A stretch of 64,000 nt of DNA from Acidimicrobiia bacterium (GTDB taxonomy: Bacteria; Actinomycetota; Acidimicrobiia; Spongiisociales; Spongiisociaceae), in assembly GCA_041576165.1 (NCBI GenBank), contig JBFGLM010000024.1, forward strand, positions 1 to 64,000, read 5' to 3'. Positions within the stretch are counted from its first letter, which is position 1; each line of letters starts with the position of its first letter. Under the pieces are notes generated by a model that was given only the letters and a program-made list of their open reading frames with translations, searched no databases and was not told where the DNA came from. Of the stretch, positions 26,332-36,470 are shown piece after piece. Position numbers and translations under genes: made by a program.

Positions 26332-27876
26332 CTACGGCGTACCCCAGCCGCCGCCTCCCGGTGTTCGGACCAGCAGGCGGTCGCCGGGCCGTACCTCCAA
26401 GGTCACCTTGCCGGGCAGACGTTCCTTGCGGCCGGCCCGGATCAGCCAATCCTCCCCGGTCGCGCCCGCTCCTCCCCCATTCAGCCCCCATGGGGCGAGG
26501 CGGCGCCGCTCCCCCATCAATGACAGCGTGGCCGGCTCGGAGAATTCGATCTCCCGCTCGATGCCCTCGCCTCCCTGGTACTGGCCGTCGCCGCCACTGC
26601 CGTGGCGGAGGCCGTAGCGGATGACCCGGAACGGGTAGTGCTGCTCGATTGATTCGGTCGGCGTGTTCTTGGTGTTGGTCATCCCGGATTGGATGCCCGA
26701 CTCGCCGTGACGCCCCGGCCGGGCGCCCTGTCCACCCGCCACCGTTTCGTAGTAGGCGAATCCGTCGTTGCCGACCAGGACGTTGTTCATCGTCCCCTGA
26801 GACGCGGCCGGGACCCGACCCGGTGCCGCCTGGGCCAGCGCGCCGAGAACGGTGTCGGCGATTCGCTGGGAGGTCTCGACGTTGCCGGCGGCTACCGCCA
26901 CCGGGGCCCTTGCTGCGACCAGCGACGCCGGCCGGGTTGCCAGGGTGATCGGCCGGTAGCTGCCGCCGTTGGCCGGGACCGTCGGATCGGCGGCAACTCG
27001 CACGGCGTAGTAGAGACAGGAACGGGTCACGGCTTCCACTGCATTGATGTTGCCGGCAATCTGGTCCACGGTTCGGCTGAAATCGGCATGCAGCTCTCCG
27101 CCCTCGATGGTGATCGTTACCGAAATTCCCAGTGTGTCGTCATGCCACTCCATGGCGTCCTCAAACGCGTACGTGCCGGCGGGGAGTGCCGCAATCGCCG
27201 CTCGCATACGCCGTTCGCCGTAGTCGAGAAGCGCGTTGGTGATGGTGGCGAACCGGGCCGGGCCGTCCCGTCGAGCGAGCGCCAGGAACCGGGCCGCGCC
27301 TACCTCATTGGCGCCGAGCTGGGCGGACAGGTCACCGAGCCGTTCGGCCGGGGTCCTGGTTGCGGCGAGAAACGGTCCGGTGAACGACTCCAGCCACGCA
27401 CCGTTGCGCACAGCCGGTACAGGCGAGACGACGATGCCTTCCTGGTCGACCCGGACGGCGTGGGCGGGCATCGAGCCGGGAGCTTCGCCTCCCACGTCCG
27501 CGTGATGCGCCCGGTTCCCAACCCAGCCGATGAGATCCGAACCCTCGAACACCGGCCGCACGATTGTCAGGTCATTGAGGTGGGTTCCGCCGTAGAACGG
27601 GTCGTTGACCGCGTACTGGACGCCGGGCTCGACACCCCGGCCAAACCGATCCACCACCGCAGCCACCGACGCCGGCATCGACCCGAGGTGAACCGGGATG
27701 TGCTCGGCTTGTGCCAGCATGTCGCCACTCGCCACGAAGACGGCGGCCGAGCAGTCGGCCCGCTCCTTTATGTTGGGCGAATACGCGGTCCGCCGTAGGA
27801 CCACGCCCATCTCGTCGGCTACGGCCGCATACTCGTTGCGGGCTATCTCGAGGTCGACGGCTGTGACGGTCACCAT
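26332..27876 (-). CDS. Hydantoinase B / 5-oxoprolinase subunit B
   Basis: RTAYSPNIKERADCS, HIPVHLGSM, NDPFYGGTHLND, HHADVGG, TPGGGGWG. Confidence 0.92.
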   Translation of the reverse strand: MVTVTAVDLEIARNEYAAVADEMGVVLRRTAYSPNIKERADCSAAVFVASGDMLAQAEHIPVHLGSMPASVAAVVDRFGRGVEPGVQYAVNDPFYGGTHLNDLTIVRPVFEGSDLIGWVGNRAHHADVGGEAPGSMPAHAVRVDQEGIVVSPVPAVRNGAWLESFTGPFLAATRTPAERLGDLSAQLGANEVGAARFLALARRDGPARFATITNALLDYGERRMRAAIAALPAGTYAFEDAMEWHDDTLGISVTITIEGGELHADFSRTVDQIAGNINAVEAVTRSCLYYAVRVAADPTVPANGGSYRPITLATRPASLVAARAPVAVAAGNVETSQRIADTVLGALAQAAPGRVPAASQGTMNNVLVGNDGFAYYETVAGGQGARPGRHGESGIQSGMTNTKNTPTESIEQHYPFRVIRYGLRHGSGGDGQYQGGEGIEREIEFSEPATLSLMGERRRLAPWGLNGGGAGATGEDWLIRAGRKERLPGKVTLEVRPGDRLLVRTPGGGGWGTP

Positions 27877-29840
27877 TCGATCTCCAGCGCACCGGTCTCG
27901 TGCACACGTACGCGCTCGCCGTCTGCGACAAATGTGGTGGCTTCGAGTTCCTCGACCACGGCCGGGCCGACCAATTCGGTCCCGGGCACCAGGGCCGGCC
28001 GCCACCACACGTCGACCTCATTGGGGGACTGGCCCGAGTCGCTGGTCACCACTTGCCGGCGGGGGCGCACCGGCTCACCGGTCGGGCGGACCGGCGGCAG
28101 CTCGTCGATCGTCATGGTGGGTTTCCCGATCGCAGCAGCCCGTATTGTCACGATCTCCACTGGATCGCCGGCCCGGGCAAAACCGTTGCGCAGATGGTGC
28201 GCGCGGTGGAACCGGTCGGCTACCGCACGCCAATCCATGGTTTCGTCGACTGGAATCGACGTCTCATGAGCCTGGCCGATGTAGCGGACGTCCGCCACCA
28301 GGCGCACCTCGCGAGGGTCCGCGCCGGTGTCATCGAAAAACTCCCCCGCCGCCTGCCCGCGAAGCTCGGCCAGTCGGCCCGCCAGCGCCGCCGCGGTGTC
28401 TTCGCGGACCGTGAGGCTGCGCGCCAGGTCAACCCTGGGCGGGGACAGCAACAAGCCGAACGCAGAGAAGACCCCCGCGATCGGAGGCACGATCACGCCT
28501 GCCATCTCGAGACGCCGGGCGAGGGCCGTCGCATGCAACCCGCCGGCGCCCCCAAATGCCACCAGCCTGGCACCGCGCGGGTCGGCGCCTTCTTCCACCG
28601 AGACCTTGCGGATGGCACGCTCCATGTGGGCTTCCACCACGTCCACCATGCCCCGCGCGGTTTCGCGGCCTGTGAGACCCAGCCGCTCCCCGACCGCGCC
28701 CAGCGCCACCGATGCGGCGGCGGGATGAAGGTGCAGATCACCGGCCAGCCGGCTGCCGCCGCCGATCCGGCCCAGTTCCAGGTTGGCGTCGGTCACGGCA
28801 GGCTCTGCCGCTCCCTTCCCGTAGCACGCCGGACCGGGATGCGCGCCTGCGCTGCGGGGGCCTACTCGCAACGCACCGCCGGCGTCGATCCAACCGACGC
28901 TGCCTCCGCCCGCACCCACCGTGTGAATCGCAACCGATGGCATGCGAATCGGGAAACCTTCGATCCAACGCTCGTAGGAAACCTCCGGGATGCCGCCGTC
29001 GATCCGGGCGACGTCGGTCGAGGTCCCCCCCATGTCGAACGAAACCAGCCGGCGGTCCCCGAGCAACTCTCCGATGGCCGCAGCGGCCACCACACCACCC
29101 GCCGGACCGGAGAGCAGGATGGACACGGGAAGTTCGGCTGCTCGCTCGATCGGGATCAGGCCTCCTGAGGAGCGCATCACCATCACCTGGCCCGGCAGCC
29201 CAGCGTCTCGCACCCGGGCGTGCAGGTGCTGCAGATAGGTGCCGGTTTCAGGGGCCAGAAATGCGTTCACGATGGTTGTGGTGGCGCGCTCGTACTCCCG
29301 AAACTCTGGGGCGACAACTGACGACCGCGATATCTCGACATCAGGCGGCAGCGCTGCCGCGACACGCTCCTCATCGCCGGGATGGGCGTATCCGTAAAGC
29401 AGGGATATGGCGACCGAATCAGGCCGACCGGCCGCCACCCGAGCGGCCAGGTCGGCCAACTCCCGGTCCGACCAGCTATCCCCATCGGACAAACGCCGGA
29501 GGCCGTGGCGACTGCTCCGCTCGACCAACGGGCGGGAGCGGTCGGCAAACGGGTCGTAGAGCGATGGCCGGTTCTGGCGACCGATCTCGATGACATCCTC
29601 GAAACCCTCCGTCGTGACCAACGAGACACGCGCACCCCGGCGCTCCAGCAAGGCGTTGGTGGCGACGGTCGTACCGTGAAGAAGCGCCCCGGTGAGCCGC
29701 CCGGCCAATAACTCGACCGAACCCGCTATGACTGCGTCGCTCTGGTCCACGCTCGTCGGGGTTTTGGCGGTCAGGAGCCGTTCACCGTCCCACCACACGA
29801 TGTCGGTGAACGTCCCGCCGACGTCGACGCCCAGGGTCAC
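27870..29840 (-). CDS. Hydantoinase A / 5-oxoprolinase subunit A
   Basis: GVDVGGTFTD, HGTTVATNALLE, LSGPAGG, DMGGTSTD, GAGGGS, SAGA.PGPACY. Confidence 0.92.
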   Translation of the reverse strand: MTLGVDVGGTFTDIVWWDGERLLTAKTPTSVDQSDAVIAGSVELLAGRLTGALLHGTTVATNALLERRGARVSLVTTEGFEDVIEIGRQNRPSLYDPFADRSRPLVERSSRHGLRRLSDGDSWSDRELADLAARVAAGRPDSVAISLLYGYAHPGDEERVAAALPPDVEISRSSVVAPEFREYERATTTIVNAFLAPETGTYLQHLHARVRDAGLPGQVMVMRSSGGLIPIERAAELPVSILLSGPAGGVVAAAAIGELLGDRRLVSFDMGGTSTDVARIDGGIPEVSYERWIEGFPIRMPSVAIHTVGAGGGSVGWIDAGGALRVGPRSAGAHPGPACYGKGAAEPAVTDANLELGRIGGGSRLAGDLHLHPAAASVALGAVGERLGLTGRETARGMVDVVEAHMERAIRKVSVEEGADPRGARLVAFGGAGGLHATALARRLEMAGVIVPPIAGVFSAFGLLLSPPRVDLARSLTVREDTAAALAGRLAELRGQAAGEFFDDTGADPREVRLVADVRYIGQAHETSIPVDETMDWRAVADRFHRAHHLRNGFARAGDPVEIVTIRAAAIGKPTMTIDELPPVRPTGEPVRPRRQVVTSDSGQSPNEVDVWWRPALVPGTELVGPAVVEELEATTFVADGERVRVHETGALEIEW

Positions 29841-29885
29841 GCGTACTCGCTACGATCGGCGGCCCCCGGCAGACAAGGATCACCG

Positions 29886-30143
29886 ATGCCCGTATCGATC
29901 GAACCGACGCCCAATCCCAACGCATTGAAGTTCTCGGTCGGCCGCGATGTCGGCGGCCCCACCACATACGTTGCCGGCAAAGATGTCGACGACCCGATGT
30001 CGTCGTCGATCCTGGAGATCGAGGGGGTGACAAGTGTGTTCATGACCGCAGATTTCGTGACGCTCTCCAAGCATCCTGACGCTACGTGGGACACGATCGC
30101 GCCAGCAGCCCAGAAGATCCTAGAGAGCTACTTCCCGGACTGA
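29886..30143 (+). CDS. NifU/Nfu N-terminal domain protein
   Basis: EPTPNPNALKF, IEGVTSVF..ADFVT.SK...W. Confidence 0.85.
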   Translation: MPVSIEPTPNPNALKFSVGRDVGGPTTYVAGKDVDDPMSSSILEIEGVTSVFMTADFVTLSKHPDATWDTIAPAAQKILESYFPD

Positions 30144-31099
30144 TCTCTCGGCAGAGAGGACGGGCCGGAGCCGTCAACTACCACTGAATAGGGCCACCGA
30201 CCCGATGTGCCGTCACCCCATTCCACGACGACCCGCCACCGGGATCCGTCCGTCTCGGCACCGACGATACGCAGGCCTTCCCCGCTGTCGGGCAGCTGAC
30301 TCCGCACACGCTCCAGCACCTGTGGGGGAGGCTCGGCGGGGTGCCATTCGACGGAGCCGACCGGAGGGGTCCCGGTGGGCAGCTCAACGGGGGCCGGAAA
30401 GTCGAGAACAGTTCCGGACCCGTCGGAACCAACCGCAACGGGCACCGTGACGGCCTGGATGTGACCGGCCCGATAGGACTCACCGTCCGCGGCCACCAAG
30501 GTCCGGTAGAGCACCGTCACCAGGTGGGTACCGTCACCCTCAGACTCGATCGATAACGCCCGCACCCAATCGACGTACGTCGCCAGGCCGGGCGGAGGTT
30601 CCGGCACCACGATCTGGCCGGCGAGGGCTGCTCGCACCTTCTCGACCCGGGCGGCATCCGAAGTGGAGAAATAGTCGAGGACGAACCACTCGGCGCGCAC
30701 GGCCGCTGCCCTCTCGCCGGTCGCCGGCGCGAACGCCATCAAATCGGCCTCTGTCACTATTTGCTCTGCGGAGGACACCGGTGTGGTGGGAGGCGGCACG
30801 GCGGCGCGCGTGTCGGCCGTGCGGTCGGATTGTTCGTCTGCCGGGTCGCCGAGCGCATTGGCCGAGACCGAATCTGGCGGAAGCGTGATCACGCTCGGCT
30901 CGGAGGGAGTGGTCCGGAAGGTCAGAATCGCGACCGCAGCAGCTACGGCAACCACCGCACCCAGCAGGTACGGAAGCCAGGGAGGCCGCTCGGGGGCATT
31001 CACGGTCAGCCGGTCCCACGGGATGTGCTCTATTACCTCGTCGCCCGGGCCGGCGCGGGAGTCGTCATCTGATAGGGGGCGATCGTCGTCGGGCGGCAC
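30128..31099 (-). CDS. Single-pass membrane protein with TcpC/VirB8-like extracellular part
   Basis: One TM, Pro/Thr linker, then AEWFV.DYF...VTV.Y...VTVPVAV..DG...V.DFPAPV pattern reminiscent of TcpC. Confidence 0.5.
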   Translation of the reverse strand: MPPDDDRPLSDDDSRAGPGDEVIEHIPWDRLTVNAPERPPWLPYLLGAVVAVAAAVAILTFRTTPSEPSVITLPPDSVSANALGDPADEQSDRTADTRAAVPPPTTPVSSAEQIVTEADLMAFAPATGERAAAVRAEWFVLDYFSTSDAARVEKVRAALAGQIVVPEPPPGLATYVDWVRALSIESEGDGTHLVTVLYRTLVAADGESYRAGHIQAVTVPVAVGSDGSGTVLDFPAPVELPTGTPPVGSVEWHPAEPPPQVLERVRSQLPDSGEGLRIVGAETDGSRWRVVVEWGDGTSGRWPYSVVVDGSGPSSLPRDQSGK

Positions 31100-31214
31100 A
31101 GCACTCCATCCCCTCCCGACGCCATTGCCACGATACGTGCGGAACACATGTCCCACAAGATCATCGTTTCGGCTGCCTAGGAACTGCGGTGGCGTCTACT
31201 AACGTTCCTGCCGC

Positions 31215-31847
31215 ATGGTACGGAATCCAGACCCAAAACCCGGTCGCTGGATCCTCCCTCTGGTCGTGCTGGGGATGGTCTTCTTCACCTGGGCGTTCGT
31301 GCAGCGGCTCGAACCCGAGGTGATCGCAGACGATGCCCCCATTTCCACCACCACAACTGTGGCCGAATCTGAGGGTGGAGAGGGTGAGACCGGCAGCGCG
31401 GAAGAGACTCCGGATGAGACCACGGCGACCACTCTCCCGGCCGATCTTGCCGCCTTCCTGACTGACATCGTCGCCGATCAGGAGGCACTCGCCGTACTCG
31501 CCACCGAGATGGACACCGCCAACGCCGCGTGGGACAACGACGAGGCCGGCTACGGAGAAACCGAGACCTCCTTGCTCGAACTTCGCGATGAAGCCGCCGT
31601 GTTCCGTGACACGGTCGTGCTGCGCCAGGCCCCGGCCGGATACACCGACATCGCCTCCGCATTCGAAGATGCCGTAAACGCAGCGGAGGGTGTCGCCGGG
31701 TCGGCCGAAGACGTGCTGGCCGGTCTGCGGGCCCCGGACACCGGCCAGGCCCGCCGCTCGGCGCTGCTCGAGTTCCGTTCGGCAGCCGAGGCGTTCAATC
31801 AGGCAGTGGCGGCTATGGAGTTGGCAGCCGAGGGTGCCGCCGGCTGA
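31215..31847 (+). CDS. Hypothetical membrane-anchored acidic helical protein
   Basis: N-terminal TM, Thr/Glu-rich linker, Ala-rich helical domain. Confidence 0.65.
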   Translation: MVRNPDPKPGRWILPLVVLGMVFFTWAFVQRLEPEVIADDAPISTTTTVAESEGGEGETGSAEETPDETTATTLPADLAAFLTDIVADQEALAVLATEMDTANAAWDNDEAGYGETETSLLELRDEAAVFRDTVVLRQAPAGYTDIASAFEDAVNAAEGVAGSAEDVLAGLRAPDTGQARRSALLEFRSAAEAFNQAVAAMELAAEGAAG

Positions 31848-31966
31848 TCGTCCAGTCGACCGGGCCCATACCGATTCTGTGCGACGTAGACGCATATACC
31901 TTCGTGGACGTCCGGCACGCGCCGAGGGCCGCCCGGCGGGCGGCCCTCGATTTGATCAACCGGCAC

Positions 31967-32974
31967 TCAGACCGTTGCGGCCGAGCAAACCGTTTCGGTG
32001 ATCAGCCGGGTCACGATGTACGGGTCGCAGTTTGCATTGGGTCGGCGGTCCTCGATGTACCCCTTGCCCTCTTTCTCCACCTGCCAGGGAATCCGGACCG
32101 ACGCCCCCCGGTCAGACACAGCGTAGGAGAAGGTATCCCAGCGCTGGGTCTCGTGCTCACCGGTGAGGCGCAGTTCGATCCCTGCTCCGTAGTGCTTGAT
32201 GTGTTCCTCGGCATTCTTCCCGAGGGCCTCACATGCTGCGATCACGGCGTCGTATGTCTCACGCATCTGATTGGTCGAGAAGTTGGTGTGACAGCCGGCC
32301 CCGTTCCAATCGCCGGGCATCGGCTTGGGATGGATCGAAATCTCGAGGTCGTAGTCCTCGCCGATGCGGTACAGCATCCAACGGGCCAGGATCAGCTGGT
32401 CGGCCATCTCCACCGGGTCGAGCGGCCCGATCTGGAACTCCCATTGACCGGTCATGACCTCGGCGTTGGTCCCGGAGATCGCCAACCCGGCATCCATGCA
32501 GGCCTGGCTGTGGGCATCGGCTATCTGGCGGCCGTAGATGTCGGCCGCGCCGACCCCGCAGTAATAAGGGCCCTGCGGCGCCGGATATCCACCTTTGGGG
32601 AATCCGTGCGGATGACCGTCGTCCATGAAGTTGTATTCCTGCTCCATGCCGAACCAGGGCTCGAAGGACGCGTACTTGTTGGCGACCTCGACGGTGGCCG
32701 CGCGCGTGTTAGTGGGGTGTGGCTCGAGGTCGGTCGTCAAACATTCGGCAAGCACCAGGACGTCATCGCGTCCGCGGATCGGGTCCGGAACGAGCTTCAC
32801 GGGTCGCAAGACCACATCAGACGCATCACCGGGTGCCTGGTTCGTGCTGGAACCGTCAAAACCCCAGATCGGCGGTTCGGCGCCGTCAGGAAGCACCTTG
32901 GTCTTCGACCGCAGCAGGTGGGACGGCTCAGTGCCGTCGGTCCAGATGTACATAGCGCGATACGGCAATGTCAT
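31967..32974 (-). CDS. glnII: Glutamine synthetase type II
   Basis: YIW.DG, LRSKT, WGFDGSSTNQA, PQGPYYCGVG, DWNGAGCHTNFST, RLTG.HET, EDRRP.ANCDPY. Confidence 0.95.
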   Translation of the reverse strand: MTLPYRAMYIWTDGTEPSHLLRSKTKVLPDGAEPPIWGFDGSSTNQAPGDASDVVLRPVKLVPDPIRGRDDVLVLAECLTTDLEPHPTNTRAATVEVANKYASFEPWFGMEQEYNFMDDGHPHGFPKGGYPAPQGPYYCGVGAADIYGRQIADAHSQACMDAGLAISGTNAEVMTGQWEFQIGPLDPVEMADQLILARWMLYRIGEDYDLEISIHPKPMPGDWNGAGCHTNFSTNQMRETYDAVIAACEALGKNAEEHIKHYGAGIELRLTGEHETQRWDTFSYAVSDRGASVRIPWQVEKEGKGYIEDRRPNANCDPYIVTRLITETVCSAATV

Positions 32975-33076
32975 TCCTTACCTTCTAGGCGGTCCCCGAA
33001 TGCCAGGGTGCCGCCGCCCGACTTGCCCGAGGCGAGCGCGTTCCAGCGCCCGCCATGAACACGATGACATCAAGCA

Positions 33077-33114
33077 GTTTCGGAGCGGTTGCCGAAGTGT
33101 GAACACTGTGTTTC
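33077..33114 (-). promoter_or_regulatory. GlnR-binding box upstream of glnII, divergent from glnA2-glnR
   Basis: GAAAC-n6-TTCAC-n6-GCAAC-n6-GAAAC with 11-bp period, like the GTNAC-n6-GAAAC GlnR consensus. Confidence 0.75.
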
Positions 33115-33196
33115 GGGTCCGCCGATCCGGCCCGGTGGTCTGGAGGTCCACCGACCGGAGGGCTACGGTTCGCGAAGAACACCCAGTGGAGCAGAG

Positions 33197-34522
33197 ATGA
33201 GCAAGCAGGCCGAATACGTGCTGCGGACCGTGGGCGAACGCGGGGTGCGCTTCGTCAGACTGTGGTTCACCGACGTGCAGGGGTTTCTCAAGTCCGTTGC
33301 GATCAGCCCTACCGAACTGGAGGTTGCCTTCGATGAGGGCATGACCTTCGACGGTTCCGCCATCGACGGCTACGCCCGGATCCAGGAAGCGGACATGGTT
33401 GCGAAACCGGACCCCGCCTCGTTCCGGATTCTCCCATGGCGTCCCGACCAGCAGGTCGCCGCCATGTTCTGCAACATCCAGCGGCCCGACGGCACGTCCT
33501 TCGACGGCGATCCGCGTTACGTCCTCCAGCGGAACCTGCAACGAGCCGCCGACCTCGGTTATTCGTTCTTCGTAGGACCTGAGGTGGAGTACTTCTACTT
33601 CCGGGACTCAGGCCCCGAGCCCCAGGTGCTCGATCGAGGCGGCTACTTCGATCTCACCCCGCTCGATGTCGCCCAGGAATACCGGCGGAGCACGATCAAC
33701 GCGCTCGAACAGCTCGGCATCCCGGTCGAGTACAGCCACCATGAGGTGGCGCCCTCACAACACGAGATCAACCTCCGGTACACCGACGCATTATCGATGG
33801 CCGACTCGGTGATGACGTTCCGCCTGACCGTCAAGGAGATTGCTCTCGAAAACGGAATCTATGCCACCTTCATGCCCAAGCCGCTGGAGCAGCACGACGG
33901 GAGCGGCCTCCACCTGCACCTGTCGATGTTTCAGGGTGATCAGAACGCGTTCTACGAACCGGGGGCCGAGACCGGGCTGTCGAAGATCGCAGCAAAGTTC
34001 ATCGCGGGCATCCTGCACCACGCTCCCGAGTTCACCGCTGTGACGAACCAATGGGTCAACTCGTACAAACGGCTCGTGCGCGGCTTCGAGGCTCCGATCT
34101 ACACGTACTGGGCCCGCAACAACCAGTCGGCGCTGGTGAGGGTGCCCACCGTCAAGGCGGGCAAACCCGACAGCACCCGGATCGAGTATCGGGCAGCCGA
34201 CGCCGCCTGTAACCCATACCTGGCGTTTTCGGTGTTGCTTGCGGCGGGATTGCGGGGCATCGAGCAGAGCTATGAACTCCCACCCGAGCTGACCGGCAAT
34301 GCACTCGACATGAGCTCTCGCCAGCGACGCGCGGCCGGCCTCACCCGCCTTCCGGAAACGCTGTCCCAGGCGTTGGACGCCATGGAATCCTCGGAGCTCG
34401 TGGCGAGCGCGCTGGGCGAACACACCTTCAACTGGTTCTTGCGCAACAAGCGCAAAGAGTGGGATCGTTACCAGCAACACGTCTCCCGATTCGAACTCGA
34501 GGAATACCTCCCGGTGCTGTGA
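33197..34522 (+). CDS. glnA2: Type I glutamine synthetase-like protein, GlnA2 clade
   Basis: MSKQAEYVLRTV.ERGVRFVRLWFTDV.GFLKSVAI N-terminus; HHEVAPSQHE, ATFMPKP, GFEAP, RIEYR. Confidence 0.85.
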   Translation: MSKQAEYVLRTVGERGVRFVRLWFTDVQGFLKSVAISPTELEVAFDEGMTFDGSAIDGYARIQEADMVAKPDPASFRILPWRPDQQVAAMFCNIQRPDGTSFDGDPRYVLQRNLQRAADLGYSFFVGPEVEYFYFRDSGPEPQVLDRGGYFDLTPLDVAQEYRRSTINALEQLGIPVEYSHHEVAPSQHEINLRYTDALSMADSVMTFRLTVKEIALENGIYATFMPKPLEQHDGSGLHLHLSMFQGDQNAFYEPGAETGLSKIAAKFIAGILHHAPEFTAVTNQWVNSYKRLVRGFEAPIYTYWARNNQSALVRVPTVKAGKPDSTRIEYRAADAACNPYLAFSVLLAAGLRGIEQSYELPPELTGNALDMSSRQRRAAGLTRLPETLSQALDAMESSELVASALGEHTFNWFLRNKRKEWDRYQQHVSRFELEEYLPVL

Positions 34523-35157
34523 TGCAGATCGCGGTTTTTCCGTCGGTGCTCTCTCAGGAGCTGAGTGAAGCCCTCCTGCTGGGTGGCGTCGCGGTCAAGC
34601 TGCTCGATGACTCCAACACGGCCGGGATGGACACCAGCGAGTGGTCCGCGCTGCTGGTTGAGCTGGGCGACGATCCGCCGCGGATGTTGCGCGAAGCCGG
34701 GCGGGTGGTGGCGGACACCGGTTTGCCGGTTCTCGTCGTCGCAGCCCGGGATCAGCTGCCCAATTTCGCCACCGAGTTCGCATTCGATGATTTTGTGGTG
34801 GGACCGCCTGACGCACTCGAGCTGAAGGTACGGCTGAGCCGCCTCGGCGGCTCCGAGCCGGACGCCGAGATCCTCGAATATCAGGACCTGGTCCTCAACA
34901 CTGCGACGTATCAGGCCACCGTCGGCGGCAAGCCTGTCGATCTGACGTACATGGAATACGAGCTCCTTCGTTATTTCGTCGAAAACCGGGGCCGGGTGTG
35001 GAGTCGCGAACAGCTGCTCTCCAAGGTCTGGGGCTACGACTATTTTGGGGGCGCTCGCACCGTCGACGTCCACGTGCGGCGACTCCGGGCGAAGCTGGGG
35101 GAAGAGCGCTCCAGCTGGATAACGACCGTCCGGTCAGTCGGCTATCGATTCGGGTGA
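34522..35157 (+). CDS. glnR: GlnR-like OmpR-family nitrogen regulator
   Basis: VWGYDYFGGARTVDVHVRRLRAKLG, nearly identical to the GlnR DNA-binding domain; degenerate receiver; TGATG coupling to glnA2. Confidence 0.8.
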   Translation: MQIAVFPSVLSQELSEALLLGGVAVKLLDDSNTAGMDTSEWSALLVELGDDPPRMLREAGRVVADTGLPVLVVAARDQLPNFATEFAFDDFVVGPPDALELKVRLSRLGGSEPDAEILEYQDLVLNTATYQATVGGKPVDLTYMEYELLRYFVENRGRVWSREQLLSKVWGYDYFGGARTVDVHVRRLRAKLGEERSSWITTVRSVGYRFG

Positions 35158-36291
35158 AAACACTTCCAGATACAAGGCACGGGCTGCAAAAGCCTGACGC
35201 ACATCCCCCACAACGTCTTCAAAGAACTCGGCCCGGTAGTTGGGGTCGGTGACTGCGGTCACCGCGAAGTAGAGACCGGCGAACGCAGCCAGGAATCCGG
35301 CGACCCGCAACAGCTCCTCGGTGAAGATGACCGAGCGGTCGAACAGCGTCGCCTGCCACAGCACGTTGGGTGCCCGACCTATCCACGACGTGATGGTGCC
35401 CTCGCCGAGGGCCAGCACGCCGAACAGGGCCAGAAATCCGCCGACGAGGAGGGCAACCAGCAGCACCTGCAGCGCCTGGCCGAACAGGATCACCAACCCA
35501 ACATTGACCCACTGCCGCCCGCGCAGTGGTTTGGCCGGCGGGGATTCCGACCGGGGCCGGAGGCTCGCCGCCGGGCTGTTGGCACATAGCTCGAAGACTC
35601 GATCCCAGGTCTCGAAGCGTCCGAGACCCTCGACCTCGTTGGGCAGTCGAAAGATCGAGAACAAAGCACCGAACAACGCGAACAGCCCCACCGTCGCGAC
35701 AAACAACGGGCCGAACAGGCCGGACGCCATCTGCCAAACCTCGGCATTGATGAACAGGAAGGTCACGAACAACAGCAGCAGCGGCAGCGCCCTCGCAAAC
35801 AACCGGATCGTGTCGCCCAACTGTCGGAACAGGCGCTTGCTGGCCCAGATCGTGATCGGGACGAGGGCATAGCTGGTGCCGAAATAGATAACCGCCAAAA
35901 TCACGACGTTGAGCGCCACGATGCCCAACGACCCGGTCAGATTTCCGCCGAACAGCAACGGCACCAAGGCGGGAACAAACACAAATACCCCCAGCTCGAC
36001 CGAGCCTATCGAGTGGGGAAGCTCGAGTGACCGGCGGCCCCGCCAGCGGTTGATCGCCGCCCACGCCGCAACCACGAACACGAAACCTCCAAGTGCGCCC
36101 AGGGTGTTGGCCCACCACGACCGGAAGTTGAGCGCACCCAGCGCTTCGACGAGAAAGACGACCGTGAGAAGCGGGGCGGCCCTGGTGAGAATGTCGCTCG
36201 ACGCCGAGTATCCCTCGATGAGATGCGGAAGACCGCGGCGGATGAACCACCGTTCGATGTCGCGCAGCTCGGCGTCCCGTCGGTACGTCAT
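35134..36291 (-). CDS. Conserved integral membrane protein
   Basis: Many TMs; ERWF..RGLPH, RALPLLLLFVTFLFINAEVWQ, TDP.YR.EFF. Confidence 0.75.
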   Translation of the reverse strand: MTYRRDAELRDIERWFIRRGLPHLIEGYSASSDILTRAAPLLTVVFLVEALGALNFRSWWANTLGALGGFVFVVAAWAAINRWRGRRSLELPHSIGSVELGVFVFVPALVPLLFGGNLTGSLGIVALNVVILAVIYFGTSYALVPITIWASKRLFRQLGDTIRLFARALPLLLLFVTFLFINAEVWQMASGLFGPLFVATVGLFALFGALFSIFRLPNEVEGLGRFETWDRVFELCANSPAASLRPRSESPPAKPLRGRQWVNVGLVILFGQALQVLLVALLVGGFLALFGVLALGEGTITSWIGRAPNVLWQATLFDRSVIFTEELLRVAGFLAAFAGLYFAVTAVTDPNYRAEFFEDVVGDVRQAFAARALYLEVFSPESIAD

Positions 36292-36470
36292 GAAGCGATT
36301 GTCGTGAGTCTCGCATGCGCCACCAAGGATCTGCAGTGATTGGGCATTGGGGGCGGGACGCCGGTCACCATGGCCGGGTGCTATCAGCTGCCACGCGCCG
36401 GTGCTAGTGCCCATCGGCTGACGCCGTTTGCCTCTGGCCCGAGTCTCACCGCCTGACGGACCATAGGAGC

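Noticed and set aside
26689-29168. Long antisense ORFs (26689-27798, 27900-29168; similarly 9202-10347, 31904-33058, 55566-56978)
   Set aside because: Shadow ORFs opposite well-supported genes, with no motifs
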